A DNA stretch of 64,000 nucleotides from Methanomassiliicoccales archaeon (lineage in GTDB: Archaea > Thermoplasmatota > Thermoplasmata > Methanomassiliicoccales > JACIVX01), in contig JBEKKT010000002.1 of NCBI GenBank assembly GCA_050010535.1, positions 11,247 through 75,246 of the forward strand. The letters are read 5' to 3'. The first letter of the stretch is position 1; each line of letters opens with the position of its first letter. Below are positions 61,489-64,000 of the stretch, piece by piece. A model generated the notes under the pieces. The model did not search any database. It saw only the letters and a list, made by a program, of their open reading frames with translations, and was not told where the DNA came from. The translations under genes and the position numbers were made by a program.

Positions 61489-62457
61489 TTGTTAATAGGC
61501 GTGCACAGGGAACAGCTCATGGAGGAAGCCAGGGACATACTCGCAAGGGCGGGATTCTACGTCTCGAGACCCCTTGTCATGCGCAGCGTGAGTTTCGACA
61601 TTGTCGCAAGGAGGGACCGGGCACTGCTCATATTGAAGGTCCTCAGCAATGTGGATGCCTTCTCGAAGGAAAACGCAGAGGAGCTCAAGGTGCTCGCGGA
61701 GGCGCTGGAAGCTTCGCCCCTGGCCATCGGAGAGAGGTCTGGTTCAGGAGACATCAAGGAGGGAATCGTCTACTCTAGGTTCGGGATCCCGATAATATCG
61801 GTCGATACGCTTTCAGACTATGTCTTGGAGGGCGTTCCTCCGTTCATCTTCGCAGCACCAGGCGGATTGTACGTAAAGCTCGACAGCGAGATGCTCAGGA
61901 AGTTGAGAGAGGAGAAGAGCATCAGTCTAGGCACACTGGCGAAGGTTGCCGGTGTGTCTAGAAGGACCATACAGATGTATGAGTCCGGCATGGGCGCCAT
62001 GATCGATGTGGCGACAAAACTCGAGGAGTTTCTGAAGGAACTGCTGGTCGTTCCTTTGGACCCTTTCGCCTACACACCGGAGACAGAGCGGCGACTGGTG
62101 GAACTGGACAAGCTGGATGTCTTCGGTCAGGAGGTATTCGGGATACTTGACCGCCTTGGTTGCTCGATAGTGCCGACGGTTAAGTGCCCCTTCGAGGCGC
62201 TCACGAGCGACGAACGCGCCATGATCTTGACGGGGTTGGGAAAGGACGAGAGCAAGCTCGCCGAGAAAGCACGCATCGTCGGGGATATCTCAAAGATAAC
62301 GGAGCATAGCTCAGTGATTTTCATAGAGCGCCTGAAGAGCGAGCGCAGCATCGGCGGCACCCCGCTCGTCGGGAAGGACGAGCTCAAGAAGATGGATGAG
62401 TCAGACAAGCTGTTCGATCTTGTGATCTCGAGAAGTAGGTCGGATGAGAAACGTTGA
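61489..62457 (+). CDS. Archaeal XRE/cro-C1-type HTH regulator
   Basis: SFDIVARR, AAPGGLYV, SLGTLAKVAGVSRRTIQMYE; start may be GTG 61501. Confidence 0.85.
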   Translation: MLIGVHREQLMEEARDILARAGFYVSRPLVMRSVSFDIVARRDRALLILKVLSNVDAFSKENAEELKVLAEALEASPLAIGERSGSGDIKEGIVYSRFGIPIISVDTLSDYVLEGVPPFIFAAPGGLYVKLDSEMLRKLREEKSISLGTLAKVAGVSRRTIQMYESGMGAMIDVATKLEEFLKELLVVPLDPFAYTPETERRLVELDKLDVFGQEVFGILDRLGCSIVPTVKCPFEALTSDERAMILTGLGKDESKLAEKARIVGDISKITEHSSVIFIERLKSERSIGGTPLVGKDELKKMDESDKLFDLVISRSRSDEKR

Positions 62458-63076
62458 AGTGAATGGGTCGGTCATCAGCATCCTCCCCGTCGTGAAGGGG
62501 CTGGTCTCGGAGGAGGAGTCCGTTGCGGATGCTTTCGCTCATATCAGTCCGGATGCCGTTGCCGTATCGATCTCCAAGGAGGAGCTGGAAGGGCTTAGAA
62601 GGAAGGAGGACTACGATAAATACGAGCCAAGCTCGCTCGAGATCGCATACGCCGAGACCCTGTCGATCTTCGGCAAGGTCGTGATCCCTCCTCCGTGTTT
62701 CGTCAAGAGTCTGGAGTTGTGCGGCAAGGACAGCGTGCCGATCATTGCGATAGACATGGACGAAGAGCGCTTCTCTGACACGTTCTGCGACAGTGTAGGC
62801 GGTCTTGATCTGCTCAGAGAGTCGCTTTTCGCGAAGAAGGCCTGGAAGAAGAGGTTCGATCTCTCGTCTCCGGAGAGCTTCGTGATCGACTGGGACAGGA
62901 AGGTCAACAAAGCTGGTGGATTCAAGGAACTCGAGCGCGCAAGAGAAAAACACATGGCCGAGGCCTTGACCGATGCCGCGCGATCCTATAAGAGAATCCT
63001 TGCGGTAGTGGAAGTCGAAAGAGTCGAGGGTGTCCTGGAGAACATGCAGGCGCCAACGCAAGCAGATAGAATTTAA
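62444..63076 (+). CDS. Hypothetical protein (TraB/PrgY-like)
   Basis: PDAVAVSIS, REKHMAEAL; weak family assignment. Confidence 0.55.
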   Translation: MRNVEVNGSVISILPVVKGLVSEEESVADAFAHISPDAVAVSISKEELEGLRRKEDYDKYEPSSLEIAYAETLSIFGKVVIPPPCFVKSLELCGKDSVPIIAIDMDEERFSDTFCDSVGGLDLLRESLFAKKAWKKRFDLSSPESFVIDWDRKVNKAGGFKELERAREKHMAEALTDAARSYKRILAVVEVERVEGVLENMQAPTQADRI

Positions 63077-63105
63077 ATAGCCAGTAAACGATGAGAATTA
63101 TATGG

Positions 63106-64000
63106 ATGGGGGCCCCGAGGCAGAGCGGCTGGAGGGACTTCTTTCACGCAAGATCGACGGATTTGTTGCGTTCCTTGAAAAGACTCGTTTGCCCTTGTTG
63201 GGAGTGTTCCTCTATGTCATCTTCGCGGCATTGGTCCGGGATCTCCTGGAATATTTTCTCTTGGACGCGGAATTCGTCAACACCCCCCATCCCTGGGTAT
63301 TCAGCATCGCCCACCACGTCGCCTTCTACGTCATTGTGTTCATGGGCCTAATCTTGCTCCTTTCGGCATTTTCGGGACGAGGGGTGAAGCGTTCCATCAA
63401 CTTCGTATCCAGTTTCTACTGGATCATCATCCTGCCCCCGATCTTGGATCACTATGTCGGCGGGCTGAATCGTAACTACGCCTACTTCTCGGTCAATGAT
63501 TTCCTCAACGCCATATTCCACTTCAGCGGAGAGGGGTTCCACGTAGGCCAAGCGATGGAAGTCGTTGTGATTCTTTTCGCATTGTTTGCCTACACTATAT
63601 GGACGCAGAGGAACGTGCTACGGAGTATCGCTGGCCGTGGGACCACCCTTTTGAGATTCGGGTTTCTGGTCTTGTTCACGTTTGTCTTCATGTTCATCAT
63701 GGCCACACCTGCCGCGTTTCTTCCTGTTGGGACTCTTGGTGGCGTCCCGCAGTTCCCAGCGTTCGATCTTACCCGATACTACCAGTTCCACCTTTTTCTC
63801 TACTCCTACTACCTTTTTGCCGGGATTGTTCTGGCTCTGGTCATAACATACTTCGTCCTGAGGAAAGACTTCGGCAGTGTACTGAGGAGCATGCGACCTG
63901 CACAGACAGTATTCTTCGGAGCAGTCGTTGCTGCAGGCTTGGTCACTGGATGGCGTTTGGATTCTAGTCTAGAATTGACCACAAAAATCCTTGAGACCCC
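63106..64000 (+). CDS. Polytopic membrane protein, 3'-partial, with apparent frameshift at ~63142-63150
   Basis: MGAPRQSGWRDFF continues in another frame as KIDGFVAFLEKTRLPLLGVFLY..., open to the window end with many TM helices. Confidence 0.65.

Overview
Archaeal chromosome segment, most likely class Thermoplasmata. This is an inference from gene content and order: TBP, TFB, Spt5, rpl11-1-10-12, Orc1/Cdc6, split GMP synthase, phosphopantothenate synthetase, AsnRS, CDC48/VAT and a dimer-type tRNA splicing endonuclease. About 1-20 kb and 39.6-64 kb are housekeeping. They hold three FtsZ homologues, a tandem-RHH CdrS-like regulator, the secE-spt5-r-protein operon and a heat-shock cluster (ArsR/HSR1-like regulator, two Hsp20, CDC48). 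An integrative element of about 19.4 kb is inserted in the 3' end of tRNA-Gly(CCC), bounded by a 14-bp direct repeat at 20151-20164 and 39565-39578. It carries a tyrosine integrase, a serine resolvase, an MCM-like/AAA+ replication protein and a dense defence-type cargo. The cargo comprises a PD-(D/E)XK nuclease, a HEPN-like protein, a TM-Mrr-like protein, a Cas4-like nuclease plus HerA pair, an HNH/Zn protein, a fused type IIG restriction-modification enzyme, and a wHTH / radical SAM-SPASM / HD phosphohydrolase / family-5-like UDG operon. I do not recognise this last operon as a described system, and it is the best candidate for a new one. No CRISPR array or rRNA was seen. Single-base indels in gcvT, a HAD hydrolase and the last ORF look like sequencing errors, whereas a PAC2-family gene looks like a true pseudogene. 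All family assignments are from motif recognition by eye; no database searches were run.
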